From: an uncultured delta proteobacterium
GTDB taxonomy: Bacteria > Desulfobacterota > Binatia > DP-6
Direction of reading: 5' to 3'
DNA: 64,000 bases
Assembly (NCBI GenBank): GCA_963851365.1
Contig: CAWKPA010000001.1
Coordinates: 40,390-104,389 of the forward strand
Part shown: positions 8,235 to 16,731 of the stretch, in pieces
Layout of the letters: every line of letters starts with the position of its first letter
Numbering within the stretch: the stretch's first letter is position 1
Translations under genes and position numbers: made by a program
The notes under the pieces: model-generated
What the model was told of the DNA's origin: nothing
The model's input: only the letters and a program-made list of their open reading frames with translations
The model's database searches: none

Positions 8235-11009
8235 CTACTCCGCCTGCGCCTCCAGGAACCGCACGTTGGCCTGCTGCAGCCGGTCGCTCAGGATGCGCGA
8301 GAGGTTGAGCAGCACCTTGGAGGCGATCCGCGGGTAGCGGCGCTGGATGCGCTGGAGGAAGCGTTCGTCGACGGCAAGCGCCTCCACGGCGCCCGCCGCC
8401 ACGACGTCGGCGGTGCGCTCGGCGCCGCCGCGGACCAAGGCCATCTCGCCGAAGACGTCGCCCCGGCGCATCTCGGCGATGCGGCGGCGATCCTCGTCGG
8501 CGCCGATCCAGACGTCGGCGCTGCCGTTGATGATGACGAACATCTCGTCGCCGCGTTCGCCGCGCCGGACGATGGCCTCCCCCGGCGCGAAGCGGCGCAG
8601 GTCGCCCATCAGCGTCACGACCCGGGCCTGTGACGGGCGGAGCCCCCCGAAGAGCGGAATGGTGCGCGCCGGATCCTGCCCGAGCTTCACGCCGACCAGA
8701 TCCCAGAGCGTGATGATCTTGACGCTGGCGAGCAGCGCCGGCAGCAGCACCAGATTCGCGCCGAGCGACGCCGCCATCGCGATGCTGGAGAGGCGGCCGA
8801 AGTCCTGGATGGGGATGAAGCTCGACAGTGCGAACACCAGGAACCCGACGCAGAGCGCCGCCGTGGCATAGATGATCGGCGCGCCCACGCGCCGGAGGGT
8901 CCGGGTGATCGCCGCCTGCTGGTCCGTCTCGCCCTGCAGCTCGCGGTTGAAGCGCGCCATGTAGTGGATGGTGGAGTCGATGGCGATCCCCAGCACGATC
9001 GCCGCGATCAGGCTCGTGCCCAGGTTGAGGTCGATACCGAGCCAGCCCATCACGCCGAAGAACAGCAGGATGGGCAACACGTTCGGCACGATCGCCAGGA
9101 AGCCGATGCGCGCCGAGAGGAACATCAGCGACAGGACGACGAAGATGACTCCCAGCGCCAGGGCCAGGCTCTTCACCTGGCCGGCGACGATCTCCGACGT
9201 GGTGCCCGTCAGCAGGACCAGGTTGCCGGTGAGGCGGACCCGCAGCTCCTTCGGGAAGCGGCTGGCGACGTACCGGCGGATCGTCCCGAGCGTCTCCTCG
9301 ATGCTGCGCGATCCGGACAGCGTCGTCCGCACCAGGATCGACGCCGTCTTGAAATCCGGCGTGATCACGCTCGAGAAGGTCTCGGGAGTCTGCGCCATCA
9401 GCTTGAGCACGGGCTCGAGCTGCGCCGGGTCCTCCCAGAACGGTCGCGGCCGCTCCGCCGGAACGACGTCGCCGGCGTCGTTCACCACCAAGTCGCCGCC
9501 ACTGCTGGTGTTGAGCCCGGATTCCAGCAGCTCCAGATAGTCGACGATCGACACCGACGACGTGATGCCCGGCAGCGTGCGCAGGAACTGCTGGAGATCC
9601 TTCAGCATCCAGAGGTTGCGCCAGCCGCGCAGCGCTCCCTCCTCGGGGCCTTCCACGACCACGTAGAAGGGGTTCGAGCCCACGATCTCCTGGTTGATGA
9701 TCTCGTTGGCCTGCCGGACGGCCGACCCCTTGGCGAAGTAGTTGAGGAAATCGGAGTCGACCTCGATCCGGCGCATGCCGAGGAGCGCCAGCGCGGCGAC
9801 CACGGCGGCCGCCCACCAGATCGGGCGCGGTGAGCAGGCCACCAGGCGCGCCAGCCGTCCGAGCAGAGGGCTCAAGGCCGGCGCGCCGTCGCGGGCGCGG
9901 CGCGCCACCCGCTCCACCGGCATGAGCGCCAGCATCGCCGGCAGGAAGGTGAGGCAAACCGTCCCCAGGATGAGCACGCCGGCGGCGGCGAACGCCCCCA
10001 GCTCCCAAATGGCCGGGATCCGGTTCACCATCAGCGCCGCGAACCCGATGGTCGTGGTGAGCACCGAGATCGACAGCGGGAGCCAGACGCGGGCGAACGC
10101 GCCTTCGGTCACGGCCTTGCGCTCGTCGCCCTGTTCGGCCTGCTCGTAGTAGCGCGCCATCACGTGGATGGCGTAGGAGCTGCCGACGACCAGCAGCAGC
10201 GGCGGCAGCACGAACGTGCCGAGCGTGATGGCGCGCCCGCTCAGCACGAGTACGCCGAGCGTGCAGACGAGCGCGATCGACACGGCGGCGATCGGCAGCA
10301 GCACGCCGCGCTTGGTGCGGAAGGAGAGCCAGAGGCTGGCGACCACCACTCCCAGCGCCAGCGGCGTGAAGAAGGCGAGGTCGTGCCACATGAGCGCCAC
10401 CGCGGCATGCTTCACGTGCGCGGCCCCGGTGTAATACAGGCGGAGGGGTCCGGGGGCGGCCTCCAGCACGCGCTCGATGCGTCCGTCGATGTCCAGGTCG
10501 TTGTATCGGGCATCCGACATCGGCTCGAAGACGACGTTGATCGCCGCCCCCCGGCCGTCGGCCGACACCAGGTTCTCGCGATAGAGCGGCGTGCGGGCGA
10601 GTTTGGCGCGCAACGCCGCCACGTCTTCGGCCGTCGGCGGAATGCGCGGCAACAGCGGCGGCGGATTGAAGACGTCGGCGGCGACGTCGGTGGTGTTGGT
10701 GATGCTGAGGACGCTCTGCACGCCGGGCACCGCCCGCAGCGCCGTGGTGAGCCGCGCGATCGCGGTCAGGGTGGCCGGCGAGAAGACGTCGTCCGCCACT
10801 ACGCCGACGACGCCGACGTCGTCGCTGCCGAACTGCCGCCGCACCTTCTCGTAGAACGCCGCCGCGGGATCGCCGGCCGGCAGGACGCTTTCCAGCGCGC
10901 TCTCGATGCGCACGCGGCTCGCGAAGATGCCGAGCAGGGCCGTGATGGCGAGGGTCGCGGCCACCACCGGACGCGGATGCCGCACCAACCAGGCTCCAAG
11001 GCGTTCCAT
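8235..11009 (-). CDS. MMPL/RND-superfamily transporter (HpnN-like) with C-terminal cyclic-nucleotide-binding domain
   Basis: 924 aa from ATG 11009 (MERLGAWLV). Two 6-TM bundles with large loops, typical of the MMPL family. C-terminal ~130 aa contain FGEMALVRGGAERTADVVA, a canonical cNMP phosphate-binding cassette. Confidence 0.85.
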   Translation of the reverse strand: MERLGAWLVRHPRPVVAATLAITALLGIFASRVRIESALESVLPAGDPAAAFYEKVRRQFGSDDVGVVGVVADDVFSPATLTAIARLTTALRAVPGVQSVLSITNTTDVAADVFNPPPLLPRIPPTAEDVAALRAKLARTPLYRENLVSADGRGAAINVVFEPMSDARYNDLDIDGRIERVLEAAPGPLRLYYTGAAHVKHAAVALMWHDLAFFTPLALGVVVASLWLSFRTKRGVLLPIAAVSIALVCTLGVLVLSGRAITLGTFVLPPLLLVVGSSYAIHVMARYYEQAEQGDERKAVTEGAFARVWLPLSISVLTTTIGFAALMVNRIPAIWELGAFAAAGVLILGTVCLTFLPAMLALMPVERVARRARDGAPALSPLLGRLARLVACSPRPIWWAAAVVAALALLGMRRIEVDSDFLNYFAKGSAVRQANEIINQEIVGSNPFYVVVEGPEEGALRGWRNLWMLKDLQQFLRTLPGITSSVSIVDYLELLESGLNTSSGGDLVVNDAGDVVPAERPRPFWEDPAQLEPVLKLMAQTPETFSSVITPDFKTASILVRTTLSGSRSIEETLGTIRRYVASRFPKELRVRLTGNLVLLTGTTSEIVAGQVKSLALALGVIFVVLSLMFLSARIGFLAIVPNVLPILLFFGVMGWLGIDLNLGTSLIAAIVLGIAIDSTIHYMARFNRELQGETDQQAAITRTLRRVGAPIIYATAALCVGFLVFALSSFIPIQDFGRLSSIAMAASLGANLVLLPALLASVKIITLWDLVGVKLGQDPARTIPLFGGLRPSQARVVTLMGDLRRFAPGEAIVRRGERGDEMFVIINGSADVWIGADEDRRRIAEMRRGDVFGEMALVRGGAERTADVVAAGAVEALAVDERFLQRIQRRYPRIASKVLLNLSRILSDRLQQANVRFLEAQAE

Positions 11010-11072
11010 CACCGGGGCGGCACCATACCCCGCCCGGGACGTGCCCGGCGAGCGGCGGCGCGGCCTGCGCGG

Positions 11073-12107
11073 GTGCGCTATACCCCGTGCGTGCCGGCCG
11101 CCGACCTGCCCAGGGTCTCGATCCTCCTCCCGGCCCGGGACGCCGCCACGACGCTGCCCACCGCCCTCGCCAGCGTCGCCCGCCAGCGCCGGCGCGACTG
11201 GGAGTGCGTGGTGGTCGACGACGGCTCGTGCGACGACACCGGACGGATCGCCGCCGCGCACGCCGCCCGCGACGCCCGGATCGTCCTGACGGCAACGCCG
11301 CGCACGGGGCTGGTCGGAGCGCTCACGGCCGGACTCGCGCGGTGTCGCGGTCTGTACATCGCCCGCATGGACGCCGACGACGCCATGCACCGCGACCGCC
11401 TGCGGCTCCAGGCCGCGGCCCTGGACGCGGCGCCCGGCTTGGCCGCGGTCGGCGCGCACGTCCGCATCTTTCCCCGGCGCGGGCTCAGCGACGGGCTGCG
11501 CGCGTACGAGGGGTGGCTCCGCCAGATCGACTCGGCGGCCGCCGTCCGCCGCGACGCGTTCGTCGAATCCCCGGTGGTCCACCCCACGCTCATGATCCGG
11601 CGCGCGGTGCTGGCTCGCTTCGGCTACCGCGACCGCGGGTGGCCGGAAGACTACGACCTGCTCCTGCGGCTGCTGGCCGCAGGCCACGAGGTGGGCATGG
11701 TGCCGCGGCGGCTCCTCGCGTGGCGCGACGGGCCGGGCCGCCTGACCCGCACCCATCCCATGTATGCGATGGAGCGCATCGTCGCCTGCAAGGCGGCATT
11801 CCTGGCCGCCGGCTTCCTGGCGGGCGCGCGGGAGTGGACGCTGTGGGGATACGGCGGGACCGGGCGCGCCCTCCACCGGGCGCTCGGGCGTCACGGGCTG
11901 CGGCCGTCGGTCATCGTCGAGGTCCACGCCGGCCGTCTCGGCAACGACATCCACGGCGCGCCGGTCGTCTCGCCCGACATGCTGGCGGCGCTGCCCCGCC
12001 GGCCGCTCGTGGTCTCGGTGGCCGGCGCCGCGGCGCGGGCGGAGATCCGCGCCTTCCTCGCGGCGCGGGGTTGGGTGGAGCCGCGCGACTTCGTGTGCGC
12101 CGCCTGA
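11073..12107 (+). CDS. glycosyltransferase family 2
   Basis: VSILLPARDAATTL...VVVDDGSCDDT...ARMDADD (DxD) fits the GT-A/GT2 pattern. No ATG is available, so GTG 11073 is inferred (alternative GTG 11091). Divergent from the MMPL gene. Confidence 0.7.
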   Translation: MRYTPCVPAADLPRVSILLPARDAATTLPTALASVARQRRRDWECVVVDDGSCDDTGRIAAAHAARDARIVLTATPRTGLVGALTAGLARCRGLYIARMDADDAMHRDRLRLQAAALDAAPGLAAVGAHVRIFPRRGLSDGLRAYEGWLRQIDSAAAVRRDAFVESPVVHPTLMIRRAVLARFGYRDRGWPEDYDLLLRLLAAGHEVGMVPRRLLAWRDGPGRLTRTHPMYAMERIVACKAAFLAAGFLAGAREWTLWGYGGTGRALHRALGRHGLRPSVIVEVHAGRLGNDIHGAPVVSPDMLAALPRRPLVVSVAGAAARAEIRAFLAARGWVEPRDFVCAA

Positions 12108-12131
12108 GCGGATTTGCTAGACACCCGGCCC

Positions 12132-13106
12132 ATGCGCGCCATCGTCGTCGACCGCTGGATGGAACCGTCCGAGCTCGCCGTGCGCGAGATCGACCCGCCG
12201 CCGATCGGACCCGGCATGCTCCGCATCGGCGTGCGCGCCGCGGGCTGCAACTTCTTCGACATCCTCATGGTGAAGGGCCAGTACCAGATGCGACCGCCCT
12301 TCCCCTTCGTTCCGGGCGCGGAGGTCGCGGGCGTGGTCGAGGAGGTCGGGGACGGCGTCAAGGATTTCGCGCCCGGCGACCGCGTCATGGCCGCGCCGGG
12401 CATCGGGGCCTTTGCCGAGCAGGCCGTGGTGCCGTCGCGTGCCGCCTACCGCCTGCCCGAGGGCATGTCGTTCGAGGCGGGCGCCGCGTTCCCGATCGTC
12501 TACCCGACGTCGTACGCGGCGCTCAAATTCCGCGCCCCGGTGACGCCGGGCGACTGGCTGCTGGTCCACGCGGCGGCGGGCGGCGTCGGCATCGCGGCGG
12601 TCCAGATCGGCAAGGCGATGGGCGCGCGCGTCATCGGCACCGCCGGCGGCCCGGAAAAGCTGGAGATCGTCCGCCGCGCCGGCGCCGAGGTGGCCATCGA
12701 CTACCAGCGCGAGAACTGGATCGAACGCGTCAAGGAGGTGACCGGCGGGCACGGCGCCGACATCATCTACGACTCGGTCGGCGGCGACATCACCGACGGG
12801 TCACTCAAGTGCATCGCCTGGAACGGGCGGCTGCTGGTGATCGGCTTCGCCAGCGGGCGCATCCCCGAGGTCAAGCTGAACCGCGTCCTCCTGAAGAACA
12901 TCTCGCTGGTCGGGCTGCACTGGGGCGCGCACACCATGCACGAGCCCGCGCGGGTCGGCGAGACGTTCTGCGCGCTCTTCGAGCTCCATGCCAAGGGCCT
13001 GATCGAGCCGCTGATCTACCGCAGCTACCCGATGGCCGAGCTGCCCGCGGCGCTGGAGGCACTTGGGTCGCGGCAGAGCTGGGGCAAGATCGTCGTCACG
13101 CCGTAG
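12132..13106 (+). CDS. NADPH:quinone oxidoreductase / zeta-crystallin-type medium-chain dehydrogenase
   Basis: Begins MRAIVVDRW. Contains PFVPGAEVAGVV and the Rossmann motif HAAAGGVGIAAVQIGKAMGARVIGTAG. Ends ..SWGKIVVTP. Confidence 0.85.
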   Translation: MRAIVVDRWMEPSELAVREIDPPPIGPGMLRIGVRAAGCNFFDILMVKGQYQMRPPFPFVPGAEVAGVVEEVGDGVKDFAPGDRVMAAPGIGAFAEQAVVPSRAAYRLPEGMSFEAGAAFPIVYPTSYAALKFRAPVTPGDWLLVHAAAGGVGIAAVQIGKAMGARVIGTAGGPEKLEIVRRAGAEVAIDYQRENWIERVKEVTGGHGADIIYDSVGGDITDGSLKCIAWNGRLLVIGFASGRIPEVKLNRVLLKNISLVGLHWGAHTMHEPARVGETFCALFELHAKGLIEPLIYRSYPMAELPAALEALGSRQSWGKIVVTP

Positions 13107-13155
13107 CGGCGCGCGGCTTGACGCGCGGCGGACCCGCTCCTAGGGTCGGCGCCCC

Positions 13156-14347
13156 ATGGCATTCGACGCATTTCCCCCCGGCTTCGTTTGGGGCACGGCC
13201 ACCGCCGCCCACCAGGTCGAGGGCAACAACTGGAACAACGACTGGTGGGCGTGGGAGCACACGCCGGGTTCGCCGTGCCTGGAGCCGAGCGGCGACGCCT
13301 GCGACCATTACCACCGCTACGGCGACGACATCCGACCTGCTCGCCGTCGCTCGGCTTCGGGGCGTACCGCTTCTCGCTCGAGTGGAGCCGCATCGAGCCC
13401 GAGGAGGGCGAGTTCTCGCGCGCCGCGCTGGACCACTACCGGCGCATGTGCGCCGCGTGCCTCGAGCACGGCGTCGCGCCGGTCGTCACCTTCCACCACT
13501 TCACCACGCCGCGCTGGGCTGGCGGCGCGCGGCGGCTGGGCCGACCCCACGACGGCCGATCGATTCGCGCGCTTCTGCGAGCGCGCCACGGCGCACCTCG
13601 GGCGACCTGATCGACCGCGCCTGCACGCTGAACGAGCCCAACGTGGTGGCGAATTTCGGCTACCGCTGGGGACTGTTCCCGCCCGGCCAACGGATCCGGA
13701 CGTGCACCGGCGGGTCAACGAGGTGCTTCGTGGCCGCCCACCACAAGGCCGTCGCCGCGATCAAGGCCGGGCCGGGCCGGGCGCCCGTCGGGCTCACGCT
13801 CGCCATGCAGGACATGCAGGCGGTGGACGGCGGCGAGGCGTTCCGCGACGCCGAACGTCGCGACACCGAGGACGTCTTCCTCGAGGCCGCGCGCGGCGAC
13901 GACTACCTCGGCGTCCAGACCTACACGCGACTGCTCTTCGGCCCCGACGGCATGCGCGGCCCGCAGCCCGGCGTGCCCACCACGCAGATGGGCTACGAGT
14001 TCTGGCCCGAGGCGCTGGAAGCCACGATCCGGCGGGCCTGGGAGGTGACGCGCCGCGTGCCGCTGGTCGTCACCGAGAACGGCATCGCCGCCACCGACGA
14101 CCGCGAGCGGATCGCCTACGTCGAGCGGGCGTTGCGCGGGGTGCTGGCCTGTCTGCGCGACGGCCTCGACATCCGCGGCTACTTCTACTGGAGCCTGCTC
14201 GACAACTTCGAGTGGGTCTTCGGCTACCGGCCCGTGTTCGGGCTGATCGCGGTCGACCGGGCCACCCAGGTGCGGACGGTGAAGCCGAGCGCCTCCTGGC
14301 TGGGTGCGGTGGCGCGGGCCAACCGACTCGCCGCGCCTCCCGCCTGA
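13156..14347 (+). pseudogene. GH1 beta-glucosidase, disrupted by about 6 frameshifts between ~13330 and ~13730
   Basis: GH1 motifs are spread over all three frames. FPPGFVWGTATAAHQVEG..DHYHRYGDDI is in the 13156 frame. DLLA is in the next frame. SLGFGAYRFSLEWSRIEPE..TFHHFTTPRW is in the third. LAARGGWADP..AHLG is back in the 13156 frame. DLIDRACTLNEPNVV and everything from VAAHHKAV to the end, including VVTENGIA, are in the frame that ends at 14347. Confidence 0.8.
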
Positions 14348-14359
14348 GACACGGGATCG

Positions 14360-14548
14360 CTACTCCGACTGCACCGGGACCGCGAGCAGCGTCAGGGCGT
14401 TGAAGAGGAGCACCCAGTCGCCGCGGGTGGCGTACCCCTGGAGCTCGTCTGCGGTGCAGCGAAAGGGGAGGTTCGGATCCTCCCAGTATTCGATCGACTT
14501 GCCATCGAGGTAGAAGCGCCGGGGCTCTTTGGTCATCTGGGTGTCCAT
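14360..14548 (-). CDS. small hypothetical protein (62 aa)
   Basis: ATG at 14548 is preceded by AGGAGG (reverse complement of ccctcct at ~14554-14560). Good GC3 bias. No motif recognised. Confidence 0.5.
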   Translation of the reverse strand: MDTQMTKEPRRFYLDGKSIEYWEDPNLPFRCTADELQGYATRGDWVLLFNALTLLAVPVQSE

Positions 14549-14592
14549 TCGACCCTCCTGCTCCGCTCGGGAGCGACGGTCTGTTGGCACGA

Positions 14593-14682
14593 TCCAGATG
14601 GCGGGTCGGCCCGGGGCCGTGGTGCGGGTCAGGGTGTTGCGGGGTGGAGGAGGTGGAGCCCCGAGCCGACCTGCCATCTGGA
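14593..14682. repeat. long inverted repeat (18-bp arms, 1 mismatch, ~54-nt spacer), intergenic
   Basis: Arm tccagatggcgggtcggc (14593-14610) pairs with gccgacctgccatctgga (14665-14682). The single mismatch is a G:T on the plus-strand reading. The spacer contains its own CGGGG..CCCCG pairing. Confidence 0.7.
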
Positions 14683-14787
14683 CAGTGATCGTCACCGGAT
14701 GAGACGCGGGGCTCGCCCCGGACGTGTCGCGGGTGCCCGGGCGGGGCTCGCGGCGGCCGCGCCGCCCGGTTGCACGCGTGGCGGTAC

Positions 14788-15864
14788 TCAGCGCCGGAAG
14801 CTGCGCCGGTAGGCCACGTAGTTGGCGCACACCTCGGCGCCCAGCCGCTCCGCCGTCCGGCGGGAAGGCCAGTTGTCGTCGAGCACCAGCGTGTAGCTCA
14901 CGTGGGTGGCGCCGCGCCGGACCAGCTCGAGGAACGCCGCGCCGGCCAGGGCCAGGTTGAGCCCGCGGCCGCGCACCGGCGTGCGGACTCCGATGCCGAG
15001 CCAGTTGAGCCGTTCGGCCGGCCGCAGCAGCCGCCCCTCCGACACGGTGGCGAACGCGCTCGTCTCGGGTACGACCGTCACCTGGCCCACGGGCTCGTCG
15101 CCCCGGTAGGCGATGAACGACGTGTCGAGCGCGCCGGTGGCGTCGAACAGGCCCAGATAGGTGCGCTGCTCCGCCTCGGTCACCGGCGACATGCCCCAGT
15201 GATGCGCGAACGTCTCGTTGAACAGCGACGCCATCAGCCCCGCGCGGCGCTCCGCGGCGACGGCGCGCAGCGGCACCAGCCCGAAGCCGTCGCGTTCCAC
15301 GGCAGCCACCGCCCGCTCCCAGCGCTCCACCAGCGCCGGCGCGACGGTGATGCGGTAGTCGACGTAGCCCTGCTCGGTTTCGAAGCCGGCGTCCTTCAGG
15401 AGCGCATGGTAGTAAGGCGGATTGCACCGCAGGATGCTCGGCGGCAGCGCATCGTACGCGTCGACGACGAAGGGCATGTCGAGCGGCCCCATGCCACAGC
15501 GCGCGGCCGTCGCGCCTTCGGTCGCGAGCCAATCGCAGGCCGCCTCCATCAACACCCGCACCGCCGATCGGGTGCCGGGGACGGCCTCGAACTTGACCAG
15601 GTGGCCGAGCGGCTCGTTCCAGTGCCGCTGATAGCGCTCGTCCACGACGGCGAGCACGCGCGCCACGATCTCGCCCTCGTCGCGCACCAGGAACGGCCGG
15701 CAGCGGCGGTGCTCGGCCACCGGCCCCGTGCCGGCCACGAAGGGCGACTCGAGCGGCACGTACGACGGCCAGTACGCACCGTGGCCCGCGTAGACGCGGT
15801 CGTGGAAGCGGACGAAGTCCTCGATCGCCGCCCGGTCCGCGGGCACCTCCACGCGCAGTGGCAT
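14788..15864 (-). CDS. GNAT-family N-acetyltransferase (two-domain, 358 aa)
   Basis: C-terminal WLGIGVRTPVRGRGLNLALAGAAFLELVRRGA is a GNAT motif-A-like acetyl-CoA binding segment. ATG at 15864. Confidence 0.7.
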   Translation of the reverse strand: MPLRVEVPADRAAIEDFVRFHDRVYAGHGAYWPSYVPLESPFVAGTGPVAEHRRCRPFLVRDEGEIVARVLAVVDERYQRHWNEPLGHLVKFEAVPGTRSAVRVLMEAACDWLATEGATAARCGMGPLDMPFVVDAYDALPPSILRCNPPYYHALLKDAGFETEQGYVDYRITVAPALVERWERAVAAVERDGFGLVPLRAVAAERRAGLMASLFNETFAHHWGMSPVTEAEQRTYLGLFDATGALDTSFIAYRGDEPVGQVTVVPETSAFATVSEGRLLRPAERLNWLGIGVRTPVRGRGLNLALAGAAFLELVRRGATHVSYTLVLDDNWPSRRTAERLGAEVCANYVAYRRSFRR

Positions 15865-15954
15865 GCACGCCCACCCTATGCCGGGCCAGCCGCGCGCGGC
15901 AAGGAACCCGCACCCCTTGACCTCGGGGGCACGAACATCGGATGGCGAACCCCC

Positions 15955-16731
15955 ATGGCACTGCTCGATCGCTTCCAACTCACCGACCGGGTCGCCCTGG
16001 TGACGGGCGCCGGCCGTGGCATCGGCCGCGGCATCGCCCTCGCCTTCGCCGAGCTGGGCGCGCATGTCGTCTGCGCCGCCCGCACCGAGCGCGAGATCGA
16101 CGCCACCGCGGCGGACGCCCGGCGGCACGGCCGGCGGGCCCTGGCGGTGCGGTGCGACGTGACCGACGCGGCGCAGCTCGACGACCTCGCCCGGCGCACC
16201 ATGGACGAGTTCGGCCGCATCGACCTGCTGGTGAACAACGCCGGCGGCTTCCCGCCCATGCCCTTCCTCGACACCGACCTGCCCACCTGGGAATGGTGTC
16301 TCCGGTTCAACCTCACCTCGGCCTTCGCCCTGACGCGGGCCTGCGTGCCCCACATGCTCGCCAACGACGGCGGCGCCGTGTTGAACATCTCGTCGGCCGC
16401 CGGGCGGATCGTGCGCAAGAACTTCGTGGCGTACGGCACCGCCAAGGCCGCCCTCTCCTTCATGACCAAGCAGCTCGCCGCCGAGCTGGCGCCGCGCGTC
16501 CGGGTGAACGCCCTCGCCGTCGGGGCGGTCGAGACCGCCGCCCTGCGACCCTTTCTCACCGATGAGATCCGGGGCCAGATGGAAGCGCTCACCCCGATGC
16601 GGGCGATCGGGTCGGTCGAGGACATCGCGCTCGCCGCCCTCTGGCTGTGCTCGCCCGCCGGGCGCTGGGTCACGGGCAAGGTCGTCGAGGTGGACGGCGG
16701 GATCGAGTCCACGAACTGGCCGTTCGATTGA
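15955..16731 (+). CDS. short-chain dehydrogenase/reductase (FabG-like)
   Basis: Contains TGAGRGIGRGIA (TGxxxGIG), NNAG and YGTAKAA (YxxxK). Confidence 0.9.
   Translation: MALLDRFQLTDRVALVTGAGRGIGRGIALAFAELGAHVVCAARTEREIDATAADARRHGRRALAVRCDVTDAAQLDDLARRTMDEFGRIDLLVNNAGGFPPMPFLDTDLPTWEWCLRFNLTSAFALTRACVPHMLANDGGAVLNISSAAGRIVRKNFVAYGTAKAALSFMTKQLAAELAPRVRVNALAVGAVETAALRPFLTDEIRGQMEALTPMRAIGSVEDIALAALWLCSPAGRWVTGKVVEVDGGIESTNWPFD

Noticed and set aside
7732-11295. Upstream 1188 aa of the 1566-aa ORF 6595..11295
   Set aside because: Only the last 378 aa (from MENVAILGV at 7731) are thiolase-like. The upstream part is Arg/Gly/Pro-rich read-through that overlaps the well-supported DUF35 and MMPL genes in another frame.
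13107-13155. TTGACG-17nt-TAGGGT promoter-like element 10 nt before the GH1 ATG (a leaderless transcript?)
   Set aside because: The match to -35/-10 elements is plausible, but the downstream gene is a pseudogene and no supporting evidence is available from the sequence alone.
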